Assembly (NCBI RefSeq): GCF_009914755.1
Contig: NC_060932.1
DNA: 64,000 nucleotides
Origin: the human T2T-CHM13v2.0 reference genome, Homo sapiens
Reading direction: 5' to 3' (one strand)
In this document: in pieces, positions 39,461 to 57,689 of the stretch
Layout: every line of letters begins with the position of its first letter
Numbering within the stretch: position 1 is the stretch's first letter
The notes under the pieces: generated by a model
What the model saw: the letters and a program-made list of their open reading frames with translations, nothing else
Databases searched by the model: none
Told to the model about the DNA's origin: nothing
Position numbers and translations under genes: made by a program

Positions 39461-41679
39461 TTAAAAGGATATTGAAAGCTAAAATATGTGAGTTAATTAC
39501 TAGGAAATATAAAATATTGCAATATTCACCAAAATAAAACAACTCCTAAATGTCTTTCTCCCATGTTGATGCAGTTTCTATTTTTAAACAGAAGCTACCC
39601 AATGAGTGTAATCAAACTAACTTTCCGAATTTAAAAACATATTCCAGGAAAAAGCACAAATTGGAAGTTTTGTATGGAAAGCAGAAAAAATGTTTGGGGT
39701 AAAACTCAAATCAGCAATAAGAAGGGTGACTAATACAGAGTCTATCCAGGAAACTAAAAGAAAAGTGTAAGGGAGGCTAAGGGGGGCATCTTGTACATAA
39801 GATAGAGTGCACACCCTTATATAAGCATCTAAGAATATGCAGAGATGGGGAAAAATTAGCAAGAATCTTTGTGGGAAAAATGAACTATGATAAAACTTGA
39901 ATATTTACTAAAAAATTCAAAAAAATGAGATTTATAGTGTGTCTCCTAAGTAGAGATAAAAAAAAAAAGAAAAAAAAGTCAGTGGAAAAATTTACTGTCA
40001 ACAGCAACTTTGCACAACTTCGGTGTGCATCATTTAATCTGGACTGTGCAATGTGGTGTGATAAAAAGCTTTCAGCAACTGAAAAAAATATGTATTTGAG
40101 GGCATAGATTTTATTAGAAAAGTATAATTAGTTAATTCTAGGGGAAATAAATTGCTAGTTATACATAAAATAACAAAGGAAAACATACAGTGTATAGAAG
40201 AAAAAGTTGTTCTTGCTGTTAGGCAAAACCACGTATTAGTTCGTAAATATCAAAAAGAATATTATAGAAATTACATGTAGTGAAATATTGAAGAAAGACT
40301 CAAATGAAATCGTGATGTTAAAATAGGAGATCATAATAATAACAATAAAAAAGATAAGTGAAGATAGAGTAGTGTTATATACACTTAGATTAATTGTTCA
40401 ATAACTGCTTAAAGCCTGATGAAATCTAGTATTAGATGGTAAAAGTGGAAAATGGTTTGTTTAAATACAGTGGATGAATAAAAAAGAGTATTATCTAATA
40501 TTTCCCATGTTATGTGTAGAAAATTAATGGCATTTAAAATAGAATGTGAGTGGAGTCTTGTGAAAAATAATGGGTCACAAAAATTCTAGATCTAGGAGCT
40601 AAAAAGCTCTAACTATTGAATAAAATGATTAAGTAGAAAGATTATTCTTTATTCCAGGAAACTAGATGATTATATGATGATATACTTGTGACCTGCAGCA
40701 GAAAATCAAAGCAAATCGATATGAAGTATTCTATGTCTTATGTGGCTTCTCATATCTGGCCTATGGTCCTTCAATTTTTTTTCATTCCCATTAAGTATTT
40801 ATATGAAGGCTCAGGCTCAGTAAGGAATTTTAACTTGTTAGAACCATAAAATATTGTTTTACCAAGCTCCTTTGACTTATCATTTTAAAAGATCTGTCTG
40901 TGGGAAAGAAATTATTCTAACTTATCCAGGGTACTGTTCTTCTAGTGTTGGACAGGAGACAAGCATTTTAGCAATTAGGCTGTGTATATTTTAAAATAAA
41001 ATGTCATCAAAGGTTGGTACGACCAGCCCTGCCCTGCTTTGAACTGCGCTGCAACTTCCTGAGTTTTCCTGCACTGATCTTTTAAGACCTAGCACCCTGT
41101 GTGTTTTCCATCATATTAGAGTCATTTAAAAAACATATCTGTTCCTTCAGCTTCACCAAAAGCCTCAAAGGAAGTAACAAGTTTTTGTTCATCTCTGTAT
41201 ATACAAAGCCTATAAAGTAGCATTGAAAAAGTATCTGAGTTGAGTTGACCTAACTGGATGATCCTGAGGTCAAAGCACTGAAGCGCTTGTGTTTTGGGTA
41301 GAGGCTTGTCTGAGAAGATAATAAGAGCTAAGCCAGGACATGCAATGAAATAGAAGAATTTGTTCTACTGTTGCAGAAGTAGTGTCACCCAGAGTAAGTC
41401 TTGTAGGATTTGGGGCTATAAATTGCTTTGCGGGAGTTATTGTTCATCTGAAAACTGTCATTCTTAAAGCCCTGAACTTATTAGGTAGATACAACACTTC
41501 CTTCTAAATATTTTGGATACATGAAAGTGATATCCTGCCTTTTATCTAGGCAAAAGTGTATAAGCAGCAGAAGAGTTTTCCTTCATAAGTGATTTGCATC
41601 ACTTCTTTGGAAGGGAAGACCACATCTGCCATGCTGAGGATTTTATGAGGGTGCTGTGACTTCAAAATTTCTGAAAGTC

Positions 41680-42785
41680 TAAAAACCCTAGAAGAAAACC
41701 TAGGCAATACCATTCAGGACATAGGCATGGGCAAGGACTTCATGTCTAAAACACCAAAAGCAATGGCAACAAAAGCCAAAATTGACAAATGGGATCTAAT
41801 TAAAGAGCTTCTGCACAGCAAAAGAAACTACCATCAGAGTGAACAGGCAACCTACAGAATGGGAGAAAATTTTTGCAATCTACTCACTGACAAAGGGCTA
41901 ATATCCAGAATCTACAGTGAACCGAAACAAATTTGCAAGAAAAAAACAAGCCCATCAAAAAGTGGGCGAAGGATATGAACAGACACTTCTCAAAAGAAGA
42001 CATTTATGCAGCCAAAAGACACATGAAAAAATGCTTATCATCAGTGACCATCAGAGAAATGCAAATCAAAACCACAATGAGATACCATCTCACACCAGTT
42101 AGAATGGCGATCATTAAAAAGTCAAGAAATAATTGATGCTGGAGAGGATGTGGAGAAATAGGAACACTTTTACACTGTTGGTGGGACTGTAAACTAGTTC
42201 AACCATTGTGGAAGACAGTGTGGAAATTCCTGAGGGATCTAGAACTAGAAATACCGTTTGACCCAGCCATCCCATTACTGGGTATATACCCAAAGGATTA
42301 TAAGTCATGCTGCTATAAAGACACATGCACACATATGTTTATTGTGGCACTATTCACAATAGCAAAGACTTGGAACCAAGCCAAATGTCCTATAATGATA
42401 GACTGGATTAAGAAAATGTGGCACATATACACCATGTGATACTATGCAGCCACAAAAAAGGTTGAGTTCATGTCCTTTGTAGGGACATGGATGAAGCTGG
42501 AAACCATCATTCTCAGCAAACTATCGCAAGGACAAAAAACCAAACACTGCATTTTCTCACTCATAGGTGAGAATTGAACAATGAGAACCCTTGGACACAG
42601 GAAGGGGAACATCACACTCCGGGGCCTGTTGTGGGGTGGGGGGAGTGGGGAGGGATAGTATTAGGAGATATACCTAATGTAAATGATGAGTTAATGGGTG
42701 CAGCACATCAACATGGCAGATGTATACATATGTAACAGACCTGCACGTTGTGCACGTGTACCCTAGAACTTAAAGTATAATAAAA
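41680..42785 (+). mobile_element. 5'-truncated L1PA5-like element (ORF2 C-terminus plus 3' UTR)
   Basis: Runs from taaaaaccctagaagaaaacc to ccctagaacttaaagtataataaaa. Degenerate candidate TSD aaaatttctgaaagtc (41664-41679) / aaaattttttgtaagtc (42881-42897). Confidence 0.95.
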
Positions 42786-42813
42786 TACATACATATATAT
42801 GTGTGTATATATA

Positions 42814-42864
<51 letters not shown>
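42786..42864 (+). repeat. (TA)n(TG)n(TA)n microsatellite in the L1 tail
   Basis: Direct reading. Confidence 0.9.
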
Positions 42865-42865
<1 letters not shown>

Positions 42866-43221
42866 AGAAATCTGAAAAAGAAAATTTTTTGTAAGTCATC
42901 CAGAGGGTTCCTCTGGGGAGTCTGATTTTCTGGAGAGAGAGATAGGTTTGATCCTAGTCTGGAATCTGATAATAAAATGCATCCTTTTGTTCTTTGCATA
43001 GTGTTAATAGGCTTATGGAAAACTACATGAACTTTATTTTTAAGTATACAACACTATTCACTACTATTGCATGGATAAATCCATTTTCTTTATTCTATTT
43101 GAAAAGTCAGATTTTTCTTAAAATGCACCCAAAAAGACATTTTAAAGTATTTAAGTGTGATTAGAGACTAAGCATGTTATAAATAAGTTAAAATAGGATA
43201 TCCAGCTGTTCTATTATTCTC

Positions 43222-43563
<342 letters not shown>

Positions 43564-43599
43564 TAACATTTACACAGTGCAGTAAAATTTCTCTTTAAA

Positions 43600-44555
43600 A
43601 TTGTCTAGTAAAACATAGCCACCTCCTAAAAACCAGCTTGTACTGTTCTCCACTGTCACCATGGTAGTCTCACTGGATCTCAAAATTTCTCATCCAGATC
43701 ACTTTCATTTTCTGCCTACTCTAAGTCTACTGCCAAAAAGGTTGCTCTTAGAATTTTACCTTCCATGAGATCTTCTTTTCATTTTAATCTCCAGCAATAC
43801 CAACCTATTTGTTATGGTCTGAATGAATCCTGAAACTTCTTGTCCACATACTTTGACTTGCTGCTTCCTCTGCCTGGACTGCCTTGCCCCACTTGTCTGT
43901 CTGAGGTCAAGTTTACTATAATTTTTTAAATTCTATTTCCTGTATTCAAAACAAATTATTTCCCTTTTATCAGTCTTGAAGTTTTGTATGCATTATATTG
44001 TAAAATATAATTATATTATCACCTATTGATACAAGTTATAATTATTGATTTATACCTGTGTCTATGCCACCCAGATACGACTTACTATGTTCCCATTTTG
44101 TGGAACATATTGATTGATGCCAATAAAGGTATATTGAAGGGGCTTTAATATGTTTTCCATCTGTCCACACATCCATCACATTCAGTATCTTCAGCAGGTT
44201 GCCAAACTTCAGCCAACAGGGATGAGTCCCATTACCAGAACTTAGTTTGAACCACGTCAGGGTAGTAAAAGTGCGCATTATTGCTCCTACTTAAAACATT
44301 CTCTTTCCTCTTCTTCACTTGACAAAATCCTTGTGCTTTAAATACCACATTAAATGTTACCTCTTCTACTTACATTTTCCACAATCCTTATGTAGAATTA
44401 GTCCTTTCACTCATGCTTGCTTCACATAGAACACGAACACTGGTAAAAATTTTTACCTACTTTGCTAACATGTAATCTCAGAAGACACAGAATTTTTAAA
44501 TTGCTTTTTAAACATCTACTATGCACCTTAGTAATGTCTAGTAAGGTCTTGATAA
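43600..44555 (+). mobile_element. L2 fragments
   Basis: ctgcttcctctgcctggactgccttgcccc; ttaaatgttacctcttct. Boundaries are approximate. Confidence 0.45.
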
Positions 44556-44855
44556 TAGTGGAAGAGACAGACAATTAGGTCTTATCATGTTCTGACATTT
44601 CTCAAACTCTCTTGCAGTTAGGATAGGACAATACCTAGTTTTTATCCAATGAACTATGATTAAATGTGATGTGGCTTCCTTTGAGTCAAGTCAGTTAAAA
44701 GCTGTTGTGCCTCCTGCAATTCCCTTGTTGCCTCAACAACCTTAGAAGACATGTTCAAATGGTTGTATCACAGAATGGAGGGAGCTAAAATCCTTCGGTA
44801 ACTTAATAGGGAAGTTTCCACCAACTGGCTTAGAACTTTCTGTAAGAAATACTCA
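44556..44855 (+). mobile_element. Old MaLR LTR (MLT1H/I-like)
   Basis: ctcttgcagttagg...ccaatgaactatg...gtgatgtggcttcc...caaccttagaagacatgtt. Confidence 0.55.
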
Positions 44856-45012
44856 AGCATCAACTATGATTAGGCACACTTATAATTTGAAAAAATAAAT
44901 GAATACATTAATAAACTTAATAAAATTTTGGAGCCACTGCCTTCAGAGGTAATGTAAACAATAATGAGCTATAAACGTGATATCAAACTTTACTTTGAAA
45001 TAGAGGCCATCA

Positions 45013-46036
45013 GATGGAGCCAAGATGGCTGAATAGGAATAGCTCCAGTCTAGAGCTCCCAGCATGAGCGATGCAGAAGATGGGTGATTTCTGCATTTCC
45101 AACTGAGGTACTGGGCTCATCTCACTGGGGAGTGTTGGAAAGTGGGTGCAGGACAGTGTGTGCAGTGCATCCAGCATGAGCCGAAGCAGGGTGAGGCATT
45201 GCCTCACCTGGGAAGTGCAAGGGGTCAGGGAATTCCCTTCCTTGTCAAAGAAAGGGGTGATAGATGGCATCTGGAAAATCGGGTCACTCCCATCCTAATA
45301 CTGTGCTTTTCCAACGGTCTTAGCAAATGGCACATCAGGAGATTATATCCCGAGCATGGCTCGGAGGGTCCTATGCCAATGGAGCCTCACTCATTGCTAG
45401 CACAGCAGTCTGAGATCAAACTGCAATGCAGCAGCGAGGCTAGGGGAGGGGTGCCCGCCATTGCCAAGGCTTGAGCAGGTAAACAAAGCAGCTGAGAAGC
45501 TCGAACTGGGTAGAACCCACCACAGCTCAAGGAGGCCTGCCCACCTCTGTAGCCTCCACCTCTGGGGGCAGGGAATAGCCAAACAAAAGGCAGCAGAATC
45601 CTCTGCAGACTTAAATGTCCCTGTCTGACAGCTTTGAAGAGAGTAGTGGTTCTCCCAGCACACAGCTGGAGATCTGAGAATGGACAGACTGCTTCCTCAA
45701 GTAAATCCCTGACCCCCAAGTAGCCTAACTGGGAGGCACCCCCAAGTAGGGGCAGACTGACACCTTACACGGCCAGGTACTCCTCTGAGACAAAACTTCC
45801 AGAGGAACGATCAGGCAGCAACATTTACTGCTCACCAATATCCGCTGTTCTGCAGCCTCCGCTGCCGATACCCAGGCAAACAGGGTCTGGAGTGGACCTC
45901 CAGCAAACTCCAACAGACCTGTAGCTGAGGGTCCTGACTGTTAGAAGGAAAACTAACAAACAGAAAGGACATCCACACCAAAACCCCATCTGTACGTCAC
46001 CATCATCAAAGACCAAAGGTAGATAAAACCACAAAC
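45013..46036 (+). promoter_or_regulatory. L1 5' UTR (sense and antisense promoter region), heavily CpG-decayed; YY1 site caagatggc near the 5' end
   Basis: Position and sequence within the full-length L1; promoter role is from established L1 biology. Confidence 0.75.
45387..45461 (-). pseudogene. ORF0: L1 ORF0, truncated to 24 aa
   Basis: MAGTPPLASLLHCSLISDCCASNE* matches the start of primate ORF0 (MAGAPPPASLPPCSLISDCCASN...); stop is a likely CGA>TGA. Confidence 0.8.
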
Positions 46037-47043
46037 ATGGGGAAAAAACAGAGCAGAAAAACTGCAAACTCTAAAAATCAGAGTGCTTCTCCTCCTCCAA
46101 AGGAACGCAGCTCCTCACCAGCAATGGAACAAAACTGGATAGAGAATGACTTTGACAAGTTGGGAGAAGAAGGCTTCAGATGATCAAACTACTCTGAGCT
46201 AAAGGAGGAAGTTTGAACCCATGGCAAAGAAGTTAAAAACCTTGAAAAAATATTAGATGAATGGCTAACTAGAATAACCAATGCAGAGTAGTCCTTAAAG
46301 GACCTGATGGAGCTGAAAACCAAGGCACAAGAACTACGTGATGAATGCACAAGCCTCAGTAGCCGATTCGATCAACTGGAAGAAAGGGTATCAGTGATGG
46401 AAGATCAAATGAATGAAATGAAGCAAGAAGAGAAGTTTAGAGAAAAAAGAATAAAAAGAAATGAACAGGCCTCCAAGAAATATGGGACTATGTGAAAAGA
46501 CCAACTCTACGTCTGATTGGTGTACCTGAAAGTGACAGGGAGAATGGAACCAAGTTGGAAAACACTCTGCAGGATATTATCCAGGAGAACTTCCCCAATC
46601 TAGCAAGGCAAGCCAACATTCAAATTCAGGAAATACGGAGAATGCCACAAAGATACTCCTCGAGAAGAGCAACTCCAAGACATATAATTTTCAGATTCCT
46701 TAAAGTTGAAATGAAGGAGAAAATGTTAAGTGCAGCCAGAGAGAAAGGTCAGGTTACCCACAAACAGAAGCCCATCAGATTAACAGCCGATCTCTTGGCA
46801 GAAACTCTATAAGCCAGAAGAGAGTGGGGGCCAATATTCAACATTCTTAAAGAAAAGAATTTTCAACCCAGAATTTCATATCCAGCCAAACTAAGCTTCA
46901 TAAGTGAAGGAGAAATAAAATCCTTTACAGACAAGCAAATGCTGAGAGATTTTGTCACCACCAGGCCTGCCCTAAAACATGGAAGCACTAAACATGGAAA
47001 GGAACAACCGGTACCAGCCACTGCAAAACATGCCAAATTGTAA
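46037..47043 (+). pseudogene. ORF1: L1 ORF1p, disrupted
   Basis: atggggaaaaaacagagc start, catgccaaattgtaa end; RRM motifs (RLIGVPESD, IIQENFPNLAR) in ORF-track fragments; internal stops and frameshifts. Confidence 0.92.
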
Positions 47044-47106
47044 AGACCATCGAGGTTAAGAAGAAACTGCATCAACTAATGAGCAAAATAACCAGCTAAC
47101 ATCATA

Positions 47107-50934
<3,828 letters not shown>

Positions 50935-51858
50935 ACAATGAGAACACATGGACATGGGAAGGGGAACATCACACACCAGGGCCTGTTGTGGGGTGGGGGG
51001 AGTGGGGAGGGATAGCATTAGGAGATATACCTAATGTTAAATGACAAGTTAATGGGTGCAGCACACCAACATGGCACATGTATACATATGTAACTAACCT
51101 GCATGTTTTGCACATGTACCCTAAAACTTAAAGTATAAAAAAAAAACAAAAAAGAAATAGAGGCCATCATATATATTGATTGTGGCTGTAAACATTTTTA
51201 TGAAAAATATGGTAGTTGATATTTAAAAGGTTTTTAAGTATTCAACCCCACAATAACAAATTAATAATTAAAACTTTATATTTTTTGGAAAGGACAATGT
51301 ATCGTATGCATTTTTGTTGTTTTTTTCATTATGTTTCATCAATAACGTCATTGCTTATTTTAATAGTCAACATTTAAACAAGGTTATACTAGAAAATTAT
51401 AAGTAATGTATGATGAAAATTTATAGCATTGTTCAAAGTGCAACAGTTAGAGGGATGATCAGGTTGCTAGAGTTTGAGAACAATTGGATTTGTTAGTTTT
51501 ATTATTTATGTAAGCATAGTATAAAATGGTATTTAATTAATTTACTTCTATTTTATTGTATTTCAAAATTTCCTGTACAAATAAAGTACAGTGACCTGTA
51601 TGTCCTCAGGAACTCTTAGTTTGTAGAGATGTAATTCTCTATTAAGATTTGCATTTCCTATTTTGGAAACATATATTTTAAAGGTCACCTTTACTGAAAG
51701 CATGAGTTGAAAACGTTATATAAAATCTACCAAGGGAGAATATTATATATGCAGAAAAATATTAACATAATAAGAAAGTAATAGTCATTTTAAGAGACAT
51801 GCCCAAGTAGAAGGAATCCATTGTGGTAGGAAATCTTGCTTGCCACCACACTGACATA

Positions 51859-51863
<5 letters not shown>

Positions 51864-51918
<55 letters not shown>
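51864..51918 (+). repeat. Perfect (TA)27 microsatellite
   Basis: Direct reading. Confidence 0.97.
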
Positions 51919-51921
<3 letters not shown>

Positions 51922-52085
51922 AAAGACATTTAAATCACATTTTAAATAATAAGAATATGAATGTAGATATTTTGTTTTGCAGTATCACCCATGGCTCATC
52001 GTTTTAATTAAAAATGAGGCTTCCTTATAGTGTAACGAAATATTTCCAAAATACAAATGTACAGTTATACATTTATTATATATAA

Positions 52086-55000
52086 GGTTTTTCAAAGGCA
52101 ATGCTTCCAGCTTTGCCCTTTCAGTATGATATGGGCTGTGGGTTTGTCATAAATAGCTCTTATTATCTTGAGGTATGTTCCATCAATACCTAGTTTATTA
52201 AGAATTTTTAACATGAATGGATGTTGAATTTTATCAAAGGCCTTTCCTTCATCTATTGAAATAATCATGTGGTTTTTGTCATTGGTTCTGTTTATGTGAT
52301 GGATAACATTTATTGATTTTCATGTTGAACCAGCCTTGCATCCCAAAGTTGAAGCCAACTTGATCGTGGTGGATAAGCTTTTTGAGGTGCTGCTGGATTC
52401 AGTTTGCCACTAGTTTATTGAAGATTTTTGCCTCGATGTTCATCAGGGATATTGGTCTGAAGTTTTCTTTTTTTGTTGTGTCTCTGCCAGGTTTTGCTAT
52501 CAGGATGATGCTGGCATCATAAAATGAGTTACAGAGGAATCACTCCTTTTCAATTGTGTGAAATAGTTTCTGAATGAATGGTACCAGCTCCTCTTTGTAC
52601 CTCTAGTAAAATTTGGCTGTGAATCCATTTGGTCCTGGGCTTTTTTTTGTTGGTAGGTGATTTATTACTGCCTCAATTTCAGAACTTGTTATTGGTCTAT
52701 TCAGGGATTGGACTTCTTCCTGGTTTAGTCTTGGGAGGGTGTATGTGTCCAGGAAGTTACCCATTTCTTCTAGCATTTCTACTTTATTTGCATAGAGGTG
52801 TTTATACTATTCTCTGATGGTAGTTTGTATTTCTGTGGGGTCAGTGGTGATATCCCTTTTATCATTTTTATTGTGTCTATTTGATTCTGTTCTCTTTTCT
52901 TCTTTATTAGTCTAGGTAGTGGTATATTTATTTTATCAATTTTTTTCAAAAATCAGCTTCTTGATTTATTGAAGGGTTTTTTTGTGTCTCTATCTACTTT
53001 AGTTCCACTCTGTCTTCTGGTAGCTTTTGGATTTATTTCCTCTTGCTTCTCTAGTGATTTTAATTTTGATGTAGGGTGGTGATTTGAGATGTTTCTAACT
53101 TTCTGATGTGGGCATTTAGTGCTATAAATTTTTCTCTTAACATGGCTTTAGCTGCATCTCAGAGATTCTGGTATGTTTTCTCTTTGTTCTCATTGGTTTC
53201 AAAGAACTTCTTGATATCGCCTTAATTTCATTATTTACCCAGGAGTAATTCAGGAGCAAGTTGTTCAATTTCCATGTAGTTGTATGGTTTTGAGTGAGTT
53301 TCTTAATCCTGAGTTCTAATTTCATTGCACTGTGGTCTGAGAGATTGCTTGTTATGATTTCATTTTTTTTGCATTCGCTTAGCAGTGTTTTACTTTTAAC
53401 TGTGTGGTTGATTTTAGAATAAGTGTCATGTAGCACTGAGAAGAATGTATGTTCTGTTGATTTGGGATGGAGAGTTCTGTAGATGTCTATTAAGGTCCAC
53501 TTGATCCAGAGCTGAGTTCCAGTCCTGAATATCCTTGTTAATTTTCTGTCTCATTGATCTAATATTGGCATTGGGGTGCTAAAGTTTCCCAATATTATTG
53601 TGTGGGAGTGGAAGTCTCTCTGTTAGTTTCTAAGAACTTATTTTATAAATCTGTGTGCTCCTGTATTGGGTGCATATATATTTAGGATTGTTAGCTCTTC
53701 TTGTTGAATTGATCCCTTTACCATTTTGTAATGTGCTTCTTTGTCTTTTTTGATCTTTGTTGGTTTAAGGTCTGTTCTGTTAGAGACTAGGATTGCAACC
53801 CCTGCTTTTTTCTGCTTTCCATTTGCTTGGTAAATTTTCCTCCATCCCTTTATTTTGAGTCTATGTGTGTCTTTGCACATGAGATGGGTCTCTTGAATAG
53901 AGCATACTGATGGATCTTGACTCTATCCAATTTGCCAGTTGGTGTCTTTTAATTGGGGACATTTAGCACATTTACATTTAAGGTTCATATTGTTATGTGT
54001 GAATTTGATCCTGTCCTCATGATGCTAGCTGGTTATTTTCACAGTAGTTGATGCCATTGCTTCATAGAGTCATTGGTCTTTATACTTTCATGTGTTTTGC
54101 AGTGGCAAGAACAGGTTTTTCCTTTTCATATTCAGTGTTTCCTTCAGGAGCTCTTGCAAGGCAGGCCTGGTGGTGACAAATTCCCTCAGCATTTGCTTGT
54201 GTGAAAAGGATTTTATTTTTTCTTTGCTTATGAAGCTTAGTTTGGCTGGATATGAAATTCTGGGTTGCAAATTCTTTTCTTTAAGAATATTGAATATTGG
54301 CCCCCACTTTCATCTGGCTTGTAGAGTTTCTGCTGAGAGATCCACTGTTAGTCTGATGGGCTTCTCTTGTAGGTGACCTTGCCTTTCTCTCTGACTGTCC
54401 TTAACATTTCTTCTTTCATTTCGATCTTGGAGAATCTGATGATTATCTGTCTTAGGGTTGATCTTCTTGTGGAGTATCTTAGTAGGGTTCTCTGTATTTC
54501 CTAAATTTGAATGTTGGTCTGTCTTGCTAGGTTGGGGAAGTTCTCCTGGATAATATCCTGAAGTGTGTTTTCCAACTTGGTTCCATTCTCCCCGTCTCTT
54601 TCAGGTATTCCAATCAGTCGTAGGTACAGACTTTTCACATAGTCCCATATTTCTTGTAAGTTTTGTTCATTTGCTTTCATTCTTTTTTTCTCTATTCTTG
54701 TCTGTCTACCTTCTTTCAGCAAGATAGTCTTCCATCTCTGATATTCTTTTTCCAGTTGATCGATTTGGCTACTAATAATTGTGTATGCCTCATGAAGTTC
54801 TTGTGCTGTGTTTTTCAGCTCCATCAAGTCATTTATGTTTTTCTCTACACTGATTATTTTAGTTAGCAGCTCTGTTAACCTTTTATCAAGGTTCTCAGTT
54901 TGTTTGCATTGGGTTAGAAGATGCTCCTTTACCTCAGCAAAGTTTATTACCCATCTTCTGAATCCTACTTCTGTCAATTCGTCTATCTCATCCTCCATCG

Positions 55001-56145
55001 AGTTCTGCACCCTTGCTGGAGAGGTGGTGTGATCATTTGGAGAAGAGACACTCTGGCCTTATGGGTTTTCAGTGGTTTTTTCACTGATTCCTTATGTTCA
55101 TGAGTTTGTCTAGTTTTGATCTTTGAGGCTGATGACCCTTGAATGGCATTTTTGTGGGGACTTTTTTTGTTGATACTGTTGTTGCTTTCTGTTTGTTTTT
55201 CTTTCAGTAGTCAGGTCCCTCTTCTGTAGGGCTGCTGCAGTTTTCTGGGGGTTCACTTCAGGCTCTATTCATCAGATTTGCTCCCACACCTTGAGATGTC
55301 ACTTGAGGAGGCTGGAGAACAGCAAAGATGGGTGACTGCTTCTTCCTCTGGGATCTATAACCTCATGGGGCATCAACCTGGTAACAGTAGGAACACTCCT
55401 GTATGGAGTGTCTGACAACACCTGTTGGGGTGTCTCATCCAGTTGGGTGGCATGGGAAGCAAGCCCCATTTAATGAAACATTTTGGTTGTCCCTTGGTGG
55501 AGAGGGTGTGCTGTGCTGGAGGGAAACTCTCTTATCTAGGCTGCTCAGATTCCTCAGAGCTAGTAGGAAGAAAGACTAAGTCTGCTGGACCATGGAGACT
55601 ATGGCCGCCCCTCTCCCTAGGGGCTCAGGCCCAGGGAGATCAGAGTTCTGTTCCTGAGCCCCTGGCTGGAGTTGTTGGGGTTCCTGCAAGGAGGCCCTGC
55701 AACCACAGTGTTTGCTGCTGCCCCTCCTGCAAGGAGTTTAGCCAGCCTAGACAGCAGACAGTGATGATGGCTACCCTCCCCTCCGGGAACTCGGCAGGCT
55801 TAGGCAGATTCTAGCCCAGTGCCCCTGGTGGTGTGAGCTCACAAGTGGGATATTCCGATCTGTGGGTTGCACAGTTTCATAGAAAAAGCATGGTTTCCCA
55901 GGCTGGGTAGCATGCTTACTTATGGTCTCCCTTGGCTGGAGGTGGGGCCTCCCCTCCCCCATGTGGCTTTCAGGTGGGCTGCCGCACCACACTGCTGTTC
56001 CTTTCTTTCTATGGGCCACACAAGCGGCCTAGTCAGTTCTAATGACAGAACCTGAATATCTCAGTTGCTGGTGTAGGATTAGCATGAGTTTTGGATCTTA
56101 TCAATGGGAGTCTCTGATTGCTGCTGCTTCCAGTCAGCCATCTTG
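52086..56145 (-). mobile_element. Older L1PA (approx. L1PA8-10/L1P3) with 5' UTR, ORF1 and the 5' half of ORF2; 3'-truncated
   Basis: Minus-strand start caagatggctgactggaagcagc; ORF1 (LQDIIQENFPNLARQ) and endonuclease fragments (LNIYAPNTGA, LSDH). Homology stops in RT at the LEAFPLK-coding region; no 3' UTR or poly(A). Confidence 0.9.
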
Positions 56146-56660
56146 TCCTCAGTGTTTTATACTTTTGATAACAGAGATCTTTGATGTATTTGGTTAAGTT
56201 AATTCTTAGGTATTTAATTGTATGTGTGGCTATTATAAATGGGATTACATTTTTTTCTTTTTCACGTTGTTTACTATTGACATATATAAATGCTACTAAT
56301 TTTTGTATGTTGGTTTTGTAACTTGCAACTTTCCTGAATTTGTTTATCAGTTTTAATAGTTTTTTTTTGTGTGTGTGTGTGGAGTCTTTAGGATTTTCCA
56401 AATATAACATCATATCAGCAGTCACCAAGCATAATTTAACTTCTTCCTTTCCAATTTGGATGCCCTTTATTTTTTTCTCTTGTCTGATTGCTCTAGCAAG
56501 GACTTCCAGTACTACGTTGAATAACAGTGGTAACAGTGGGCATCCTTGTCGTGCTCCAGATCTTAGAGGAAAGGCTTTCAATTTTTCCACATTCAGTATA
56601 ATACTAGCTGTTGGTCTGTTGTATATGGCTTTTATTATGTTCAGGTATATTCCTTCTATC
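56146..56660 (-). mobile_element. L1MA-type ORF2 (RT) fragment abutting the 5' end of the L1PA
   Basis: [13 protein letters not shown]...[29 protein letters not shown]; the catalytic FADD has decayed to TADM. Confidence 0.85.
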
Positions 56661-57689
56661 AAAATAATTATTTTTAATGAATAGAATTGTTTTACATTTT
56701 AGTGAACAAACAAGTCCTTAAAATCTCAACAATAAGATTGTATAGTTCAAATATAGTTTTTCTCTACTTTTGACTTTCTAAAGTTGATTTTTTCCTCTCC
56801 TGATAAAAGTTATGTTATTGACTCTTTTGATGGTGAAAAAAATCAAACAAAATAATCACAATACACATCTTGGAATAGTTTTACTTCATCATTATCAATT
56901 GTCCAGGACTTGTTAAGAATGATTTTCTACCTCTACTCTTTTATTTCAGTTTTTATTTACTTTAATCTTGATTATTTTTATGTTTTCTGGGTTTTGACTT
57001 ATATCATGGACAATGTGATTAATTAAGAAAGAGAAAAAGAAAGAGAGAATACCTTCTGTTATTCTTTTATATTTTATGGTTATAATCAGTGGTCTTCAGG
57101 CCATATAATCCTAGGATAAATAATATCAAATAGCAAGGACAGTGACAAAATTTCAATGCTTGATTTCCAACTTATTTTTTAATAGTAAATTCTGAAAAAT
57201 ATATAGGGTATCATATATGTTTCATGATGCAATTCTGATGAATACATTTTGGCAGTTTCTGTTTGCATTTGGAATTTAAGAGGCATACCAAATGAAATGG
57301 TATTGTACTGTAGTCACTAAGCCTAAAGGGCAGAAAAGACAACCTTTCTAAGTATGTATTCTCTTCCCTTTATATCATTGGAAGATCTGAAAACTTGACT
57401 TAAAAACAATTGGATTGTCTTTTCAATAGATTAGTCCACCCAGTGAGTTTTCCATTCAGCATTCTAATTTATGATTATATATTGAGCCATGACCTTCAAT
57501 GCTGAGGTTTTATTCTCTATATTATATGTAGTAATTGTATAATTTTTCTTATTTATTGATGTTACTTTATTTCAAGATGTCCTTTGTTTCCAGTTCCAAC
57601 TTAAGGCTTTACCAATGATGGATGCTTTTTGTCATGAGATTTTAAGAGCCCATAATAAAACGAGAATTCCAACATGGTCCTTACAAAAT

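Noticed and set aside
39500-40620. A-rich stretch possibly from a very old L1M/HAL1
   Set aside because: Too degraded to support a call by eye.
41946-41956. caagcccatc variant as evidence for L1-L1 conversion
   Set aside because: The third L1PA (reverse strand, about 3834-3843) carries the same change, so it does not discriminate; excluded from the evidence.
56039-56662. 207-aa chimeric ORF (L1MA RT fragment reading into an L1PA 5' UTR)
   Set aside because: Chance open frame across a TE junction; no ATG start and the catalytic FADD has decayed to TADM.
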